DNA of 64,000 nt from Promethearchaeota archaeon (lineage in GTDB: Archaea; Asgardarchaeota; Lokiarchaeia; Sigyniarchaeales; SOKP01), in assembly GCA_019058245.1 (NCBI GenBank), contig JAHPZJ010000030.1:96001-160000 (forward strand), read 5' to 3'. Position numbers and translations under genes: made by a program. The notes below the pieces were generated by a model, which saw only the letters and a list, made by a program, of their open reading frames with translations, was not told the origin of the DNA and ran no database searches. This document shows positions 1 through 10,707 of this stretch, in pieces; position 1 is the stretch's first letter, and each line of letters opens with the position of its first letter.

Positions 1-1
1 G

Positions 2-859
2 TTGTAAAGCTCTATCTCTTAGAGTGTCATCTGATCTGAGATCATAAAAAGTGCGATGAAGTAATAGGTTTGCTAATATACTATAAAAGTTGCTTTCAGT
101 ATATTTTACGTGGTCTCCTGTAGATGAAGAATTGGAATTATAGAATCCATAATTCACGTCATCCCAAAATTCCGAGGAGTTTATTAAATAAAAAATTTCT
201 TTAATAGAATCAATTACGGATTCTTCACCAATAGATATACTTTCAAGATCATCAATTCCAATATTTTCAATTAGCAGAAAAATTGGTAAAAGATTATCAG
301 TAAGGTATCTATTAGATTCCTTTACTTCTCCCGTTGTACCATTGATTGATTTTACAAACCCATACTCATAATTACTTATATTATCTTCAAACCAAAGAGT
401 ACTGTTTTTTAGATTTAGATAAATTGAAAATGTCTCTAGATCATCTATTTCCGTTTTCATTAGAGAGTTATAATAGAGTAAATTGTCTTCTGAAAAAGTT
501 GTATTATCAATAATAGCACCATCATTATCACCATATCTATAATAAGTAGAAATATCAAAATCTAAACTTGAAGTATAATTAATCTCAAAAAAATCTCGGA
601 TTAAATCGAAATTTTTAGTGTATGGATCTTGCAGTAAAGATGTTGTAGAAGATGACTGCAGTTTATTAACCAATTGTTCAGAAGTGTTACTATTGTTTGT
701 GTTGGAAAAATTATTTGAATATTCAGTTAAATAAGTAACATTGTTTATATGAATGAAATTAAGTAAGAGTAGAAATAAAAAGACGAAGCATATTATTATC
801 TTTAAACCTTGGTTTTTCTGACTTCTTTTTGTGAAGTTGAACGGATTTGAAAATTTCAT
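2..859 (-). CDS. Secreted or membrane-anchored hypothetical protein, 5' part only (runs off the window)
   Basis: Hand translation from ATG 859: MKFSNPFNFTKRSQKNQGLKIIICFVFLFLLLLNFIH..., a basic plus hydrophobic N-terminus with many N-x-S/T sequons. The frame stays open to the window edge. Not in the ORF track. Confidence 0.8.
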   Translation of the reverse strand, partial: MKFSNPFNFTKRSQKNQGLKIIICFVFLFLLLLNFIHINNVTYLTEYSNNFSNTNNSNTSEQLVNKLQSSSTTSLLQDPYTKNFDLIRDFFEINYTSSLDFDISTYYRYGDNDGAIIDNTTFSEDNLLYYNSLMKTEIDDLETFSIYLNLKNSTLWFEDNISNYEYGFVKSINGTTGEVKESNRYLTDNLLPIFLLIENIGIDDLESISIGEESVIDSIKEIFYLINSSEFWDDVNYGFYNSNSSSTGDHVKYTESNFYSILANLLLHRTFYDLRSDDTLRDRALQ

Positions 860-995
860 TATTACACTACTAGAGCAATTAAATAAGTATTTACCAAAGT
901 TTCCTTATTAAATTATATTTGTAAAATATCCTTCTCTTTAAAATTTTTTCTGAAGATATCAAATAGATCAAAATATTTAGCAAAATTGTAAGTAT

Positions 996-2489
996 TTACT
1001 CTTCTTGCTTCTTTTTTATTATATTAGCAAGTTCCGAGATGTTTAACCTTTTTTGATCCATTGAATCACGTTCTCTAATGGTTACTGTATTATCTTCTAA
1101 TGATTCATAATCAATAGTTATGCACCATTTTGTTCCTAATTCGTCTTGTCTTCGATATCTTTTTCCTATAGAGCCCGCAGCGTCAAAGAATGAATTAATA
1201 CGATTTTCTAATAATTCTCTATGGATTTTTAAAGCTAATTTTTTAATATCTTCTTTATTTTTAACGAGTGGAAAAACAGCTACGGTATTGGGCGCTAATC
1301 TTTGATTTATCTTTAAATTAATTCTTCCTTGATCTATTATGAAATTAGTTTCTAAGAGTGTATATATTATTCTATCAATTCCAAATGCAATTTCGAGAAC
1401 TTGTGGTACTTCTTTAATTTTTGAATCAGAACCCATACTAACTTCGAAATTTTGTTTTGAATATTCAGCATGCCTTTTTAAATCATAATCAGTTCTATCA
1501 TGAATACCACAAATTTCTACCCATCCAAATTGCCTTGTTTTAATTTCTAAATCCCATGCATCATCAGCATAATGAGCTCGCTCATTAATAGAATGCTGTC
1601 TAAATCGTATTAATGGTTCTGGAATACCTAATATTTTAGTTAAGTGATAACCTATAAATAAACAATAAGCATAAGCTGGTTTTTTAAGAATTCCATTTTT
1701 TATAGCATTGTCAAGCGATATCGCATTAATTTTACTGTCATCTTTTTCTTGTTGTTTCCAGTCTAGGAGGGGTAATTTTTCATTTTTAACCTCATTAAAT
1801 TCTTCAAAGTTCATTTCCAATTCCTTACTTATAAAAATTTGCAGTTCGAATTGATCAAAAGCTCTCATTCTGAGGACTCCTTGCCTTGGTGATATTTCAT
1901 TTCTGTAAGCTTTGCCAAATTGGAAAATTTTTATAGGATATTGTCGTCGAGCATCTTGATTTAATCGATTAAATAATAAATAAGTAGTTGTAGCTGTTTC
2001 TGGACGTAGATAAGCAATTGTATTATTTCCTACAGAGGTTTTTAACATCAAGTTATATTCTTCTATTCTCTCAAATGGTATATCACATTTAGGGCAAGTT
2101 AAGTTATATTTTTCAATTAAAATTTCCATTTCTTTAAACGATAATCCCTCTCTTACTTGATCTGGTAAATTTTCTTGAAGAAATTTATCTGCTCTATATA
2201 GGGTTTTACATTTATTACATCTTATTACAGGATCGATAAATCTTTCTAAGTGCCCTGAGGCTTCCCATACAATACTGGGCATAATTGTTGGGCACTCAAC
2301 CTCCCCAAATCCAAAATAACGACATTCTCGTCTGAAAATATCTAATATATTATTTTTAAGAGCCATCCCTGCTGGACCATAAGAATAAAACCCTGCAAAT
2401 CCTCCATAAATTTCTGGTGAGGGGCCCCATATGAATCCCCTTCTCCTAAGCAATGAATTAAAGGTTTCTATGTTATCTTCGATCTTCAT
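996..2489 (-). CDS. glyS: Glycine--tRNA ligase (alpha2, archaeal/eukaryotic type)
   Basis: EIYGG, YLRPETA, YRNEISPRQG..R.R.F.Q.E, GWVEI.G..DR, GSIGKRYRRQDE.GT anticodon-binding domain. Confidence 0.96.
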   Translation of the reverse strand: MKIEDNIETFNSLLRRRGFIWGPSPEIYGGFAGFYSYGPAGMALKNNILDIFRRECRYFGFGEVECPTIMPSIVWEASGHLERFIDPVIRCNKCKTLYRADKFLQENLPDQVREGLSFKEMEILIEKYNLTCPKCDIPFERIEEYNLMLKTSVGNNTIAYLRPETATTTYLLFNRLNQDARRQYPIKIFQFGKAYRNEISPRQGVLRMRAFDQFELQIFISKELEMNFEEFNEVKNEKLPLLDWKQQEKDDSKINAISLDNAIKNGILKKPAYAYCLFIGYHLTKILGIPEPLIRFRQHSINERAHYADDAWDLEIKTRQFGWVEICGIHDRTDYDLKRHAEYSKQNFEVSMGSDSKIKEVPQVLEIAFGIDRIIYTLLETNFIIDQGRINLKINQRLAPNTVAVFPLVKNKEDIKKLALKIHRELLENRINSFFDAAGSIGKRYRRQDELGTKWCITIDYESLEDNTVTIRERDSMDQKRLNISELANIIKKKQEE

Positions 2490-2616
2490 ATAGTTTTAAA
2501 AAGTGTTTGATTCTATTTGTATTTTAAGAATTTGAAAAAATAAAATTAAATTTTTATAAGAGAAATATAATAATATTATTATTATTTCTTAAAAGTTAAA
2601 AAAAAATTGACTTGTC

Positions 2617-3483
2617 ATGTTATTTCAAGATAACTTCCAGTATTTTGGATTTTGGGACGCTATTGAGATGGGCCTTTATTTTGTGATCGTTGGCTATTTT
2701 CTTTTACTATTTTTCTACTTCTTATTTCTTAGATATAGGAATTCTAAGAAGCTATATTGGTTATTTTTTAGTTTGTTTTTCTTATGTTTTGGCATTGCAA
2801 GAGTTTTTTTTATTATTTATTATTTTTTCGGTCCAGAACTATATGATGGAACGAATGGTACTAATGTGGTTGATTTTTTAATGTTAAATTATCGTTTAGC
2901 TACATTCTTTACGTGGATGGGAGTAACATGTATGGTCGGTGTTTTAGGAATTCTCCTATTTCCACCTGAAACACAAGAGGTAAAAAAAGGAGAAAAATCT
3001 GTTATAGAATGGTTTAAGAACAGGAAAAACATCGAATTACTTGTTCGAGTAGGATTATGTGCTCTTCCTATTATTATAGGAATTCTATCTTTAACACTGT
3101 CTGAATGGCTTTTTATGGATCCTGATTTTGTCTTGTCGCCTCCTGATGGTTATGGTATACCTGATAATATTATTAAAATTCCAATAGGATCATGGGAATA
3201 TCCTCTCGGCAGGTTTCTATTTAATTTTATTTTTATGCCATTGTTCCTCGTTTTGATTCCTTTTATCTTTTTATATTTAGCTTGGAAAACTTTTGGAGTA
3301 TTAAGAAGATCCTATGCTTTAAATGCTATTGGGCTTATTCTTTATTTTGGTGGGGGAAGAATCTTACAAGGTGCTCTGGATGTCGCAATATTACCTCATT
3401 TAAGAGCAATAATGCCTCCATTGATAATATTACTTGCACTTCTTATTTTGGTAATCGCAAATAATTACGAACAGCTTAAATAA
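2617..3483 (+). CDS. Multi-pass (about 7 TM) membrane protein
   Basis: About 7 hydrophobic segments; resembles the membrane part of 57264..58382. Confidence 0.75.
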   Translation: MLFQDNFQYFGFWDAIEMGLYFVIVGYFLLLFFYFLFLRYRNSKKLYWLFFSLFFLCFGIARVFFIIYYFFGPELYDGTNGTNVVDFLMLNYRLATFFTWMGVTCMVGVLGILLFPPETQEVKKGEKSVIEWFKNRKNIELLVRVGLCALPIIIGILSLTLSEWLFMDPDFVLSPPDGYGIPDNIIKIPIGSWEYPLGRFLFNFIFMPLFLVLIPFIFLYLAWKTFGVLRRSYALNAIGLILYFGGGRILQGALDVAILPHLRAIMPPLIILLALLILVIANNYEQLK

Positions 3484-3671
3484 AATGGTTTTCCTTTTTA
3501 CTATTATAATATTTTTTTATTAAGTGATTTTTATATATTAGCTAAGAAATAATCTTTTAAATTAAATTGATTAAAATAAAAAAGATTAAAAATTTAAAAT
3601 TGAACCTATTTAAATTTAATATAGAAGATATATACATTAAAGAGTTTAATTAAAAATTCAAGTTAAAATCC

Positions 3672-5306
3672 ATGACAGTACACGGAAATCAGTATTTATT
3701 ACCATTTTTTATAAGAAAAGACTCACGTCCTCTTTCAATTCAAGGAAATGAGGAATTATCTTTAGCATTTTATCTTTTAACTAAAGATTTAGGAAAAAAT
3801 CAAAAAATATTATCTTTTTCTAGGCTTCTTTGGCCTATTTTAAGTATTCAAGGTGTTATAAGTACTCACATCATGTTAGATGGATTAAATATTTTTAAGA
3901 ACAAAGGCAGATATTCAAATCCACCTCGTCAACCTTTAATTGGACATATTCTAAGAAACATAGATAATAAATCTACATTTGAAATATTGCAAAGGATTAT
4001 TGATGTTTTAGGATATAAAGATAAAGAAGCCGAAGAAATTGGCGAAGGGGAAGAATCTGAATTTCACACACTAAAAATCGATGGTTTAATTAATCCTTCA
4101 TTTCTTCAATTATTATTAAAAATAATTCCATTAATTGAATATAAGCCGATTGGTGACTATACCGTACTAGATTCTAGTATTTCAACTGAACTTGCTTTAA
4201 ACATTTCTGAGGGGTATCGTCAAATAATCAATACGATGAAAGGAAATGCCTTAAGATGGAAAACTCAAATTGAATTAATAAATAAGGAAGTAAATAAATG
4301 GCTAATCGAAATTAATGTTCAACTTAAAGATATTGATTCGCGTTATTCTAGCCAAATAACCAAAACCTCATCATCAATAGATACTTCCCAAGTTGATGAA
4401 CAGACTAAAATAGAATATGATAAAATCGACCAGTGGAGTGTGAATGAGAAGAAAAAAATAATTGAAAATATCACTACTCTATTTAAAACTTCGGAAAGAC
4501 AACTAGAAGAAATAATAAAGAAAAACAAATTCTTTACTAGTGGAGATTCTCTAAAGAGTAAAGTATTCACAGATATTCTTCCTCATTTTGAAAATCAATT
4601 CAATTATTTAAAAGAGGAAGGAAAGAAATTTTTGGAATCTCTTGACAGTCTTCATCATAAATTTATTGAAATGAAAGAACAAGGAGTCCAAATCGATATT
4701 CAAGCAAAACAAAAATTAGAACAAATTAAAGATTCATTACACCTAAAACTCAAAGATAGGAATAAACAGTTAGCTGAATTTGAAAGTGAAAAAGAAGTTA
4801 AAATTTCTAAATTAGAAAATGTAAAATCTGAATTAGAAGATTCAATTTCAAATATCAAGAGAATTATACAAAATAAACAAAATACATGTTTACAAGAAGC
4901 TCAAAAGTTAATTGAATGGTCCCTCAATGATAATCAATCTGATTTATTTTCCCGCCCCATTCAATGGATTTATATGCCGATATATACCATGTTTATTGAA
5001 GATGAAGATAATCTGGAAGAATATATGAATATTATATTTCCTGGGTATATAACTAATAATCCAGAGGAATTATATGAAGATATAACTGATGCTTTTATTA
5101 GTCTGAAAAATATGGTAAATGAAAGAGTAGAAACAGACATGGCTACACGATCAAATTTTGAATTTTCTTGTGAACGTAAGAATTTAATTAAAGATCCTAA
5201 CCTTAAAAAGAGAATTCAATTAGGATTATCAAAATTAAGAGAAAAAAATTTACTTAATGAAGATATAGAAAAAAGTATTCATGAAATTTTGAATCTTATT
5301 ACCTAG
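3672..5306 (+). CDS. Hypothetical protein with long central coiled coil
   Basis: 544 aa; K/E/Q/L heptad-rich centre flanked by globular ends. Confidence 0.75.
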   Translation: MTVHGNQYLLPFFIRKDSRPLSIQGNEELSLAFYLLTKDLGKNQKILSFSRLLWPILSIQGVISTHIMLDGLNIFKNKGRYSNPPRQPLIGHILRNIDNKSTFEILQRIIDVLGYKDKEAEEIGEGEESEFHTLKIDGLINPSFLQLLLKIIPLIEYKPIGDYTVLDSSISTELALNISEGYRQIINTMKGNALRWKTQIELINKEVNKWLIEINVQLKDIDSRYSSQITKTSSSIDTSQVDEQTKIEYDKIDQWSVNEKKKIIENITTLFKTSERQLEEIIKKNKFFTSGDSLKSKVFTDILPHFENQFNYLKEEGKKFLESLDSLHHKFIEMKEQGVQIDIQAKQKLEQIKDSLHLKLKDRNKQLAEFESEKEVKISKLENVKSELEDSISNIKRIIQNKQNTCLQEAQKLIEWSLNDNQSDLFSRPIQWIYMPIYTMFIEDEDNLEEYMNIIFPGYITNNPEELYEDITDAFISLKNMVNERVETDMATRSNFEFSCERKNLIKDPNLKKRIQLGLSKLREKNLLNEDIEKSIHEILNLIT

Positions 5307-5326
5307 GACAATATTTTTCCAATATT

Positions 5327-6010
5327 ATGGCAAAATCAAGATTCGACTATAAGAAAAAATTAGATCTTAAAAAAAGAAAAATTAGAGCTTTTTTTTCATC
5401 TATTGAAACAAAGAGGAAAAGAAAAGAAGAAATTGACAGCGAAGTAGAGGAAATTTATCAAGATGGGATGGTTTATATTCAAATGAAACTTCCTGTCGAG
5501 AAAATTACTGATCAATTTGCAGATAGAATTAAGGAAAAGATAGAACATAGCATTATTAAGGCACAGATCCGAGAAGCTAATAAAGCAGATTTAGACAGTT
5601 TAAAAAATATCTATAATCGTGCTTGGTTAACCTCTAACACACCATATCGTCCTATAACAAAAACTGAACTTCAAAAAATCCTTGAGTATCCTGAAACTGT
5701 ATTCCTCATTGCAAAAGTATATGGAACTGATGCTGCTTTTGTTCTTTTAGACTTTGAAGGGAAAAATAAAGAAATTGCGATAATAGCTGCCTTAGGGGTA
5801 ATTCCTAGATTTCAAAGAAAAGGTCTTGGATCGGTTTTAGGTACAGCAAGTTGGCAATACCTTAAAGAGAGATATCCTAATCTAAAAGAAATTCGATGTG
5901 AAGTTTATAAAGATAATTTTGTCTCATACTCTTTTATAAAACAAATAGGATTTGAAGAGTATGGTAGAAAAGTCTATAGAAAGCAAGATTTCGAGTTATC
6001 TGAAAGTTAA
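5327..6010 (+). CDS. GNAT family N-acetyltransferase
   Basis: Motif A LGVIPRFQRKGLG; N..S..F...GF. Confidence 0.85.
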   Translation: MAKSRFDYKKKLDLKKRKIRAFFSSIETKRKRKEEIDSEVEEIYQDGMVYIQMKLPVEKITDQFADRIKEKIEHSIIKAQIREANKADLDSLKNIYNRAWLTSNTPYRPITKTELQKILEYPETVFLIAKVYGTDAAFVLLDFEGKNKEIAIIAALGVIPRFQRKGLGSVLGTASWQYLKERYPNLKEIRCEVYKDNFVSYSFIKQIGFEEYGRKVYRKQDFELSES

Positions 6011-6061
6011 ATTAATACAGCAAAATTGAATAAATCTCCTTTACATAAAGTCTACAGAATA

Positions 6062-7495
6062 TTAATAATTATTTTGATTCTTTAATGAGTTTATTTTTTC
6101 CTTTAATAAGTTCATATTATATTCATCTTGGATATTTTGATAATGATCCTTGGCACTTTCGAAATTGGATATTGCCATATCAGTCATACCTTTAAAAAGA
6201 TAAATATCACCTAATTTGTGATAAATTATCGCACATTCTTTAGTATATTCTAAATCTTCATAAATATTTAATGCTTCTTCAATATACTTTATAGCTTTAA
6301 AAGTATCCTCCTCATATTCTAAAAAAATTTTACCTATTTTATATTTAAGTTCAGCATTTTTCATTTTATCTCCAAATTTATAAAAAATTTCACATGCTAG
6401 ATTATAATAATCAATTGCTCTTCCAATATCTCCCTTAGATATATTTAATTCTGCTAAGTTTTCTAAAATCTCTCCTTCTTTAATATTATCACCAATTTCA
6501 TATAAACGCACTGCCTCTAAACTTTGGAGAAAAAGATTTTCAGCTTTGGTAAGATTATCCCATAAACGATAAATTTTTCCTAAATAAAAAAAGCATTCCC
6601 ACTCTAATTTTGCTTTAATATAAACATTGATATTTTCTTTTAGACCTTCAATTATCTCTAAGGCCTTAGTTAAGTATTGATAAGATTCATTATAGTCTTC
6701 GCCCATAAAATAATATAACTTTCCATATTTAAGCTCTGTTGTAATAAGCCCATAGAGATCCTCATTATCTTTAAAAAAACTCAGATTTCTTTCTAAAATT
6801 CTTTTAATCTGGTCATAATCTTTTAATAAAAAAAGAACTTCAACCAAATTACTAGATGATTTTGCCTCTTCAAAAATAAGATTTTCTTGTTGAGAAAGTT
6901 TATAAGCTTCTTGATAATAATGATAGGATTGCTCTAGGTCTTTAATTAAGAAATATACATTACCTAAATTATTAAAAATTTTGATAATTTTTGATTTATC
7001 CTTTAATTTATTTAAAGTCTCGAAAGCCCTATTAAAATGATATATTGCTTGGTCAAAAAATCCATTATCCTCTTGAATAATTCCTAATTCATTATGACAA
7101 ATAGCTACATTAAGTAAATCATTTTCCTCCTTAAAATTATCAAGTGCTAATTCTAAGGTTTTCAATGCCTTTGGTATGTCTCTTTTTTTATAATATAAAC
7201 TTGATTTTTCTAATAATAAGGATCCAGGAATTGGTTCTCCTATAACTTCTTTGTTTTCTAAAGTTGAATCTATTTCATTTATCTTTTGATCAATTTCTTC
7301 ATCATTAATAATTATATCATCATATGCATTATCATTTTCTTCCAGATCTAAGTGATAAATCTCAGGTTCATTATAATTAAATCTCACATTTTTCTCTAAA
7401 GCATTCTCTAGATTTGCAATTAAAGGTTTATTACAATTTCTACAGTAAGACCAATAATCCTCAATAGGGCTTTTGCAATAAGGACATATCTTCAT
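6062..7495 (-). CDS. Zinc-ribbon plus tetratricopeptide repeat protein
   Basis: N-terminal CPYC..CRNC; multiple TPR units (NNLGNVY, ENLAEL, HKLGDIY). Confidence 0.88.
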   Translation of the reverse strand: MKICPYCKSPIEDYWSYCRNCNKPLIANLENALEKNVRFNYNEPEIYHLDLEENDNAYDDIIINDEEIDQKINEIDSTLENKEVIGEPIPGSLLLEKSSLYYKKRDIPKALKTLELALDNFKEENDLLNVAICHNELGIIQEDNGFFDQAIYHFNRAFETLNKLKDKSKIIKIFNNLGNVYFLIKDLEQSYHYYQEAYKLSQQENLIFEEAKSSSNLVEVLFLLKDYDQIKRILERNLSFFKDNEDLYGLITTELKYGKLYYFMGEDYNESYQYLTKALEIIEGLKENINVYIKAKLEWECFFYLGKIYRLWDNLTKAENLFLQSLEAVRLYEIGDNIKEGEILENLAELNISKGDIGRAIDYYNLACEIFYKFGDKMKNAELKYKIGKIFLEYEEDTFKAIKYIEEALNIYEDLEYTKECAIIYHKLGDIYLFKGMTDMAISNFESAKDHYQNIQDEYNMNLLKEKINSLKNQNNY

Positions 7496-7623
7496 AAGTA
7501 TAAGCGAATTAATTTTATGAAGTGAATACTCTTAAAATAGAAATACAAATGAATTTATTTATAATTAATTAATATCAAAACCTAAAAAAAAACAAGAAAT
7601 TCTTAGCAACTTTAAAGCACTAA

Positions 7624-8334
7624 CTATTTAAATTCTTTTATTATTTGAATTATTTCAGTAAATTTGCATATCTCATAATCAGGTTCAATATTTTCTAATT
7701 TTGGTAATTTTGATTCATTAAACCAAATAGTATAAAAATTACAATCTTTAGCTCCTTTAATATCGGTTTCTAGATTATCTCCAATATGTATTACATTCTG
7801 AGGCCTACATTTTAAGTGTTCTAATGCAGTTTCAAATAATATCTTATGTGGTTTATAATAACCAATTTCATCGGAATAAATCATTGCTTTAAAATATTTA
7901 AATATTTCATATCTCTGAAAAATTTTATTAATAATACGTCCGGGTGTTACTCCTGTATTGGAAATAAGACCTAATTTATAATTTGAGGATAATTCTTCTA
8001 TGGTTTTTATTACTCCCATTTTCAATAATGGTGGATCTCTCAACATAGCTCCTTCAAATCTATTTTTAATTAAATTTATATCAATTTCACTTAATTTAAT
8101 TTTAAGATTTTTTAGTAAATTGGTTATACGTTGTTCTGTGTAAATATGATTATTCTTTTTATAGTTACGTTCTGGTAAATAAAATGCTAAATGAAAAGCC
8201 TTTTTTATCTCTTCCAAGCTTATAGCAATATGTTTTTTTTCTAAAAACTGAATAAAAAAATCTAATCGAAAATCTGAATAAGATTTATTATTAAATATTG
8301 TATTCCAGAGATCAAGAGTAATAGTGTAAATCAT
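7624..8334 (-). CDS. HAD-superfamily hydrolase
   Basis: DLWNT motif I, ISNT, KP, HIGD..ETDIKGA. Confidence 0.9.
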   Translation of the reverse strand: MIYTITLDLWNTIFNNKSYSDFRLDFFIQFLEKKHIAISLEEIKKAFHLAFYLPERNYKKNNHIYTEQRITNLLKNLKIKLSEIDINLIKNRFEGAMLRDPPLLKMGVIKTIEELSSNYKLGLISNTGVTPGRIINKIFQRYEIFKYFKAMIYSDEIGYYKPHKILFETALEHLKCRPQNVIHIGDNLETDIKGAKDCNFYTIWFNESKLPKLENIEPDYEICKFTEIIQIIKEFK

Positions 8335-8497
8335 TTATTATTTAATTTCTAAAACTATATGTTTTTTAAATTATTTCTTTCTCTTATAAAAGAATTTTTT
8401 ACAATTTAGTAACATATAAATTTCAAATTTGAATATTATTAATAATCCAATTTTAACATAATCTAATTATAATAATTATTTTAATGGAGATTTTATT

Positions 8498-8803
8498 ATG
8501 CCAAAATTTCTAGTTATTCATCCTGTATCAAGGAAAATGATGGAAGCAAATCTAAATATACCTCCAGAAAAAAATAAACTAGTTATCGATTTGCGTTCCC
8601 ATTGTTCTAATGATGCTTATTGGATTAGATCTATTAATGTACCAGAATTAGAAAAGATGTTCTGTGAATGGAATGCTAAAGATGCTGAATCAATACAGAA
8701 AATACTCGATGCAGCTGATTGGATGACAACCGAAGGAATTTATGAAATGCAGATAGTAGATGCAGAAAGTTTTAGAGAGAAATTAGAAGAAATAACTGTA
8801 TAA
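8498..8803 (+). CDS. DUF4242-like small protein (SCO4226-type, putative nickel-binding)
   Basis: MPKFLVIH start and FCEWNAKDAESI pattern. Confidence 0.55.
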   Translation: MPKFLVIHPVSRKMMEANLNIPPEKNKLVIDLRSHCSNDAYWIRSINVPELEKMFCEWNAKDAESIQKILDAADWMTTEGIYEMQIVDAESFREKLEEITV

Positions 8804-8994
8804 TTTATTTCACTTTTTACTATTTTTTTTTTATTTTTTTACATTTTAATGGATCAACTGTGTGATTTATTATTAGTTATAATTTTATCTATTTATCAAG
8901 ATACCTTGACACTTTTTTGGATTTATCAAAAATAATTAAAGGGATTAAAATTTTCATTATTAAAAAATTTCGATTTTGTAAAAAGTGAATAACA

Positions 8995-9153
8995 TTGGAT
9001 GCTAAATTATTTAAAAAAACTTTTAAGTTCATTTGCAATGAATGTGGAGAATTTGCCCATACACTTAATGAATACTGTGATAAATGTGGTGCAAAAGCTT
9101 TAAGATATACCAATAAAGAAGATTATAAGAATCATAAAAATTCTAAAGAATAA
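8995..9153 (+). CDS. Small C4 zinc-finger protein (52 aa)
   Basis: Hand translation, TTG start after AAGTGA: MDAKLFKKTFKFICNECGEFAHTLNEYCDKCGAKALRYTNKEDYKNHKNSKE; CxxC-x10-CxxC; not in ORF track. Confidence 0.8.
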   Translation: MDAKLFKKTFKFICNECGEFAHTLNEYCDKCGAKALRYTNKEDYKNHKNSKE

Positions 9154-9179
9154 ATAGGTTGTAATAGGAAAAATAACAT

Positions 9180-10115
9180 TTACTTTTTTGTAGTAGATAA
9201 TTCTCCATTCTTTTCTATCTTTTTTAATTCTTCTGTTATATCTCTATCTTGTAATCCAAGAGATTGTAGAAGAACCCTGATTTGAATTATAGCATTTTTG
9301 GCATTAATTTGCTTGGCAATATGCAATGCTTTTATGAATTGGTTTTTTGCTTCTTTAAGTTTTCCAAGATAAAAGAAAATCTCACCAATATAACCGAGAC
9401 CTTTTATTATTTGTTCTACATAATTTACATCAATCGCTACATTAGTACCTTTTTTAAAATATCTAAGAGATTCTTCAAAATCATCGTTTTTCTTTTGTAA
9501 AATTCCTAAATTAAAATAGGATGTTATAATTCCTTTATAATCCTTAATTTCTTTAAATGCTTTTAAAGTTTTTTTATATAATTCAAATAAAACGTCCCAT
9601 TTTTGATTTATTTCATTTATATAGATTAGATTCCCTAAACAATCCAATAAATTATAAATATCATTGTTTTGTGAACAAAATGTACTACACTCCAGCAAAA
9701 CATCACAAGCTTCATCAAATTGGTTTAATTTTATATGTACATTTCCAATTCCTTTTAAACACATGATTTGCTCTTCGGTTTGGTTTAGATTTTCATAAAT
9801 ATCATAAGCCATTTCATAGAATTCTATAGCTTTCTGATAATTATTTTTTTTAAAATATAAAGTAGCCAAAATCCCATAAACTGAAGCTTGTCCTAATCTA
9901 TCTTTTTGTTTTTTGAAATGGTTCAAACAAATAATAAAATTTTGTTCTGACTCTATAAAATTTCCTAATTGAAGTTGGATTAAAGCAATATCACTTAATT
10001 CTTGAATATAATTAGAGTCTTTACCAATTTCTTTCAATATTCGTAAAGATTCTAATTTTTCATCTAATATTTTAATTAATTCCTCTTTTGTAGATTCTGT
10101 TTCATTCTCTATCAT
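9180..10115 (-). CDS. Tetratricopeptide repeat protein
   Basis: Repeated TPR units (GILATLY, KGIGNVH, FNLGIL, GYIGEIF). Confidence 0.88.
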   Translation of the reverse strand: MIENETESTKEELIKILDEKLESLRILKEIGKDSNYIQELSDIALIQLQLGNFIESEQNFIICLNHFKKQKDRLGQASVYGILATLYFKKNNYQKAIEFYEMAYDIYENLNQTEEQIMCLKGIGNVHIKLNQFDEACDVLLECSTFCSQNNDIYNLLDCLGNLIYINEINQKWDVLFELYKKTLKAFKEIKDYKGIITSYFNLGILQKKNDDFEESLRYFKKGTNVAIDVNYVEQIIKGLGYIGEIFFYLGKLKEAKNQFIKALHIAKQINAKNAIIQIRVLLQSLGLQDRDITEELKKIEKNGELSTTKK

Positions 10116-10155
10116 AGATATTTTGCTTGAAAATAATTTTGTTTCGATAACCCTC

Positions 10156-10590
10156 TTATAATAATTCCTCTAAAATCTCTATCGCATTTTTAACATAATA
10201 GAAACATTTTTTTTTGAATAACTCATTTTGATTAAAATATTCTCTGCCTTCAGATGTGCTAAGATCACAACCGATTAATTCTTTACAAATTTCGGACCCA
10301 TGTATTTTTTGAAATCGTTTGGAAAATTCTTGTATAACTTCATATGTTTTTTCTTTCATTTCTACTTCTTCATTTGAACCCATTCCATATCTTAATCCTA
10401 TAACCATATAGGACCCACTCACAGCACCACACGTTCGACCAAAACGAGCCATTCCACCTCCAAAACCCGTAGCAATTTTTAATGTAGTTTCTTTATTTAA
10501 TCCAAAATCAGTGCTGAAAGAACTCAATACTGATTGAGCACAATTGCAATTACCCTCAAAATTTGAGATTGCTTTTTCTATTCTTGACAT
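10156..10590 (-). CDS. C_GCAxxG_C_C family putative redox protein
   Basis: NCAQSV, GFGGG, TCGAVSG, GSEICKEL, KKC. Confidence 0.92.
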   Translation of the reverse strand: MSRIEKAISNFEGNCNCAQSVLSSFSTDFGLNKETTLKIATGFGGGMARFGRTCGAVSGSYMVIGLRYGMGSNEEVEMKEKTYEVIQEFSKRFQKIHGSEICKELIGCDLSTSEGREYFNQNELFKKKCFYYVKNAIEILEELL

Positions 10591-10707
10591 GTCTATTCCA
10601 CTTTTTTTGAAAGATATGATTTGTATCTATAAGAAATATAATATTTCATATCTATTATATATTTAGAGATAAAATATGTATATTGTCATATAAAAAAGGT
10701 TAGCTAG

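Noticed and set aside
7624-8334. HAD hydrolase as the missing histidinol phosphatase
   Set aside because: About 30 kb from the his operon with no specific motif support; speculation only.
8889-9113. 74-aa minus-strand ORF in the track
   Set aside because: Antisense shadow of the zinc-finger gene at 8995..9153.
10156-10590. Possible selenoprotein in the C_GCAxxG_C_C family
   Set aside because: All motif positions are Cys codons, with no in-frame TGA.
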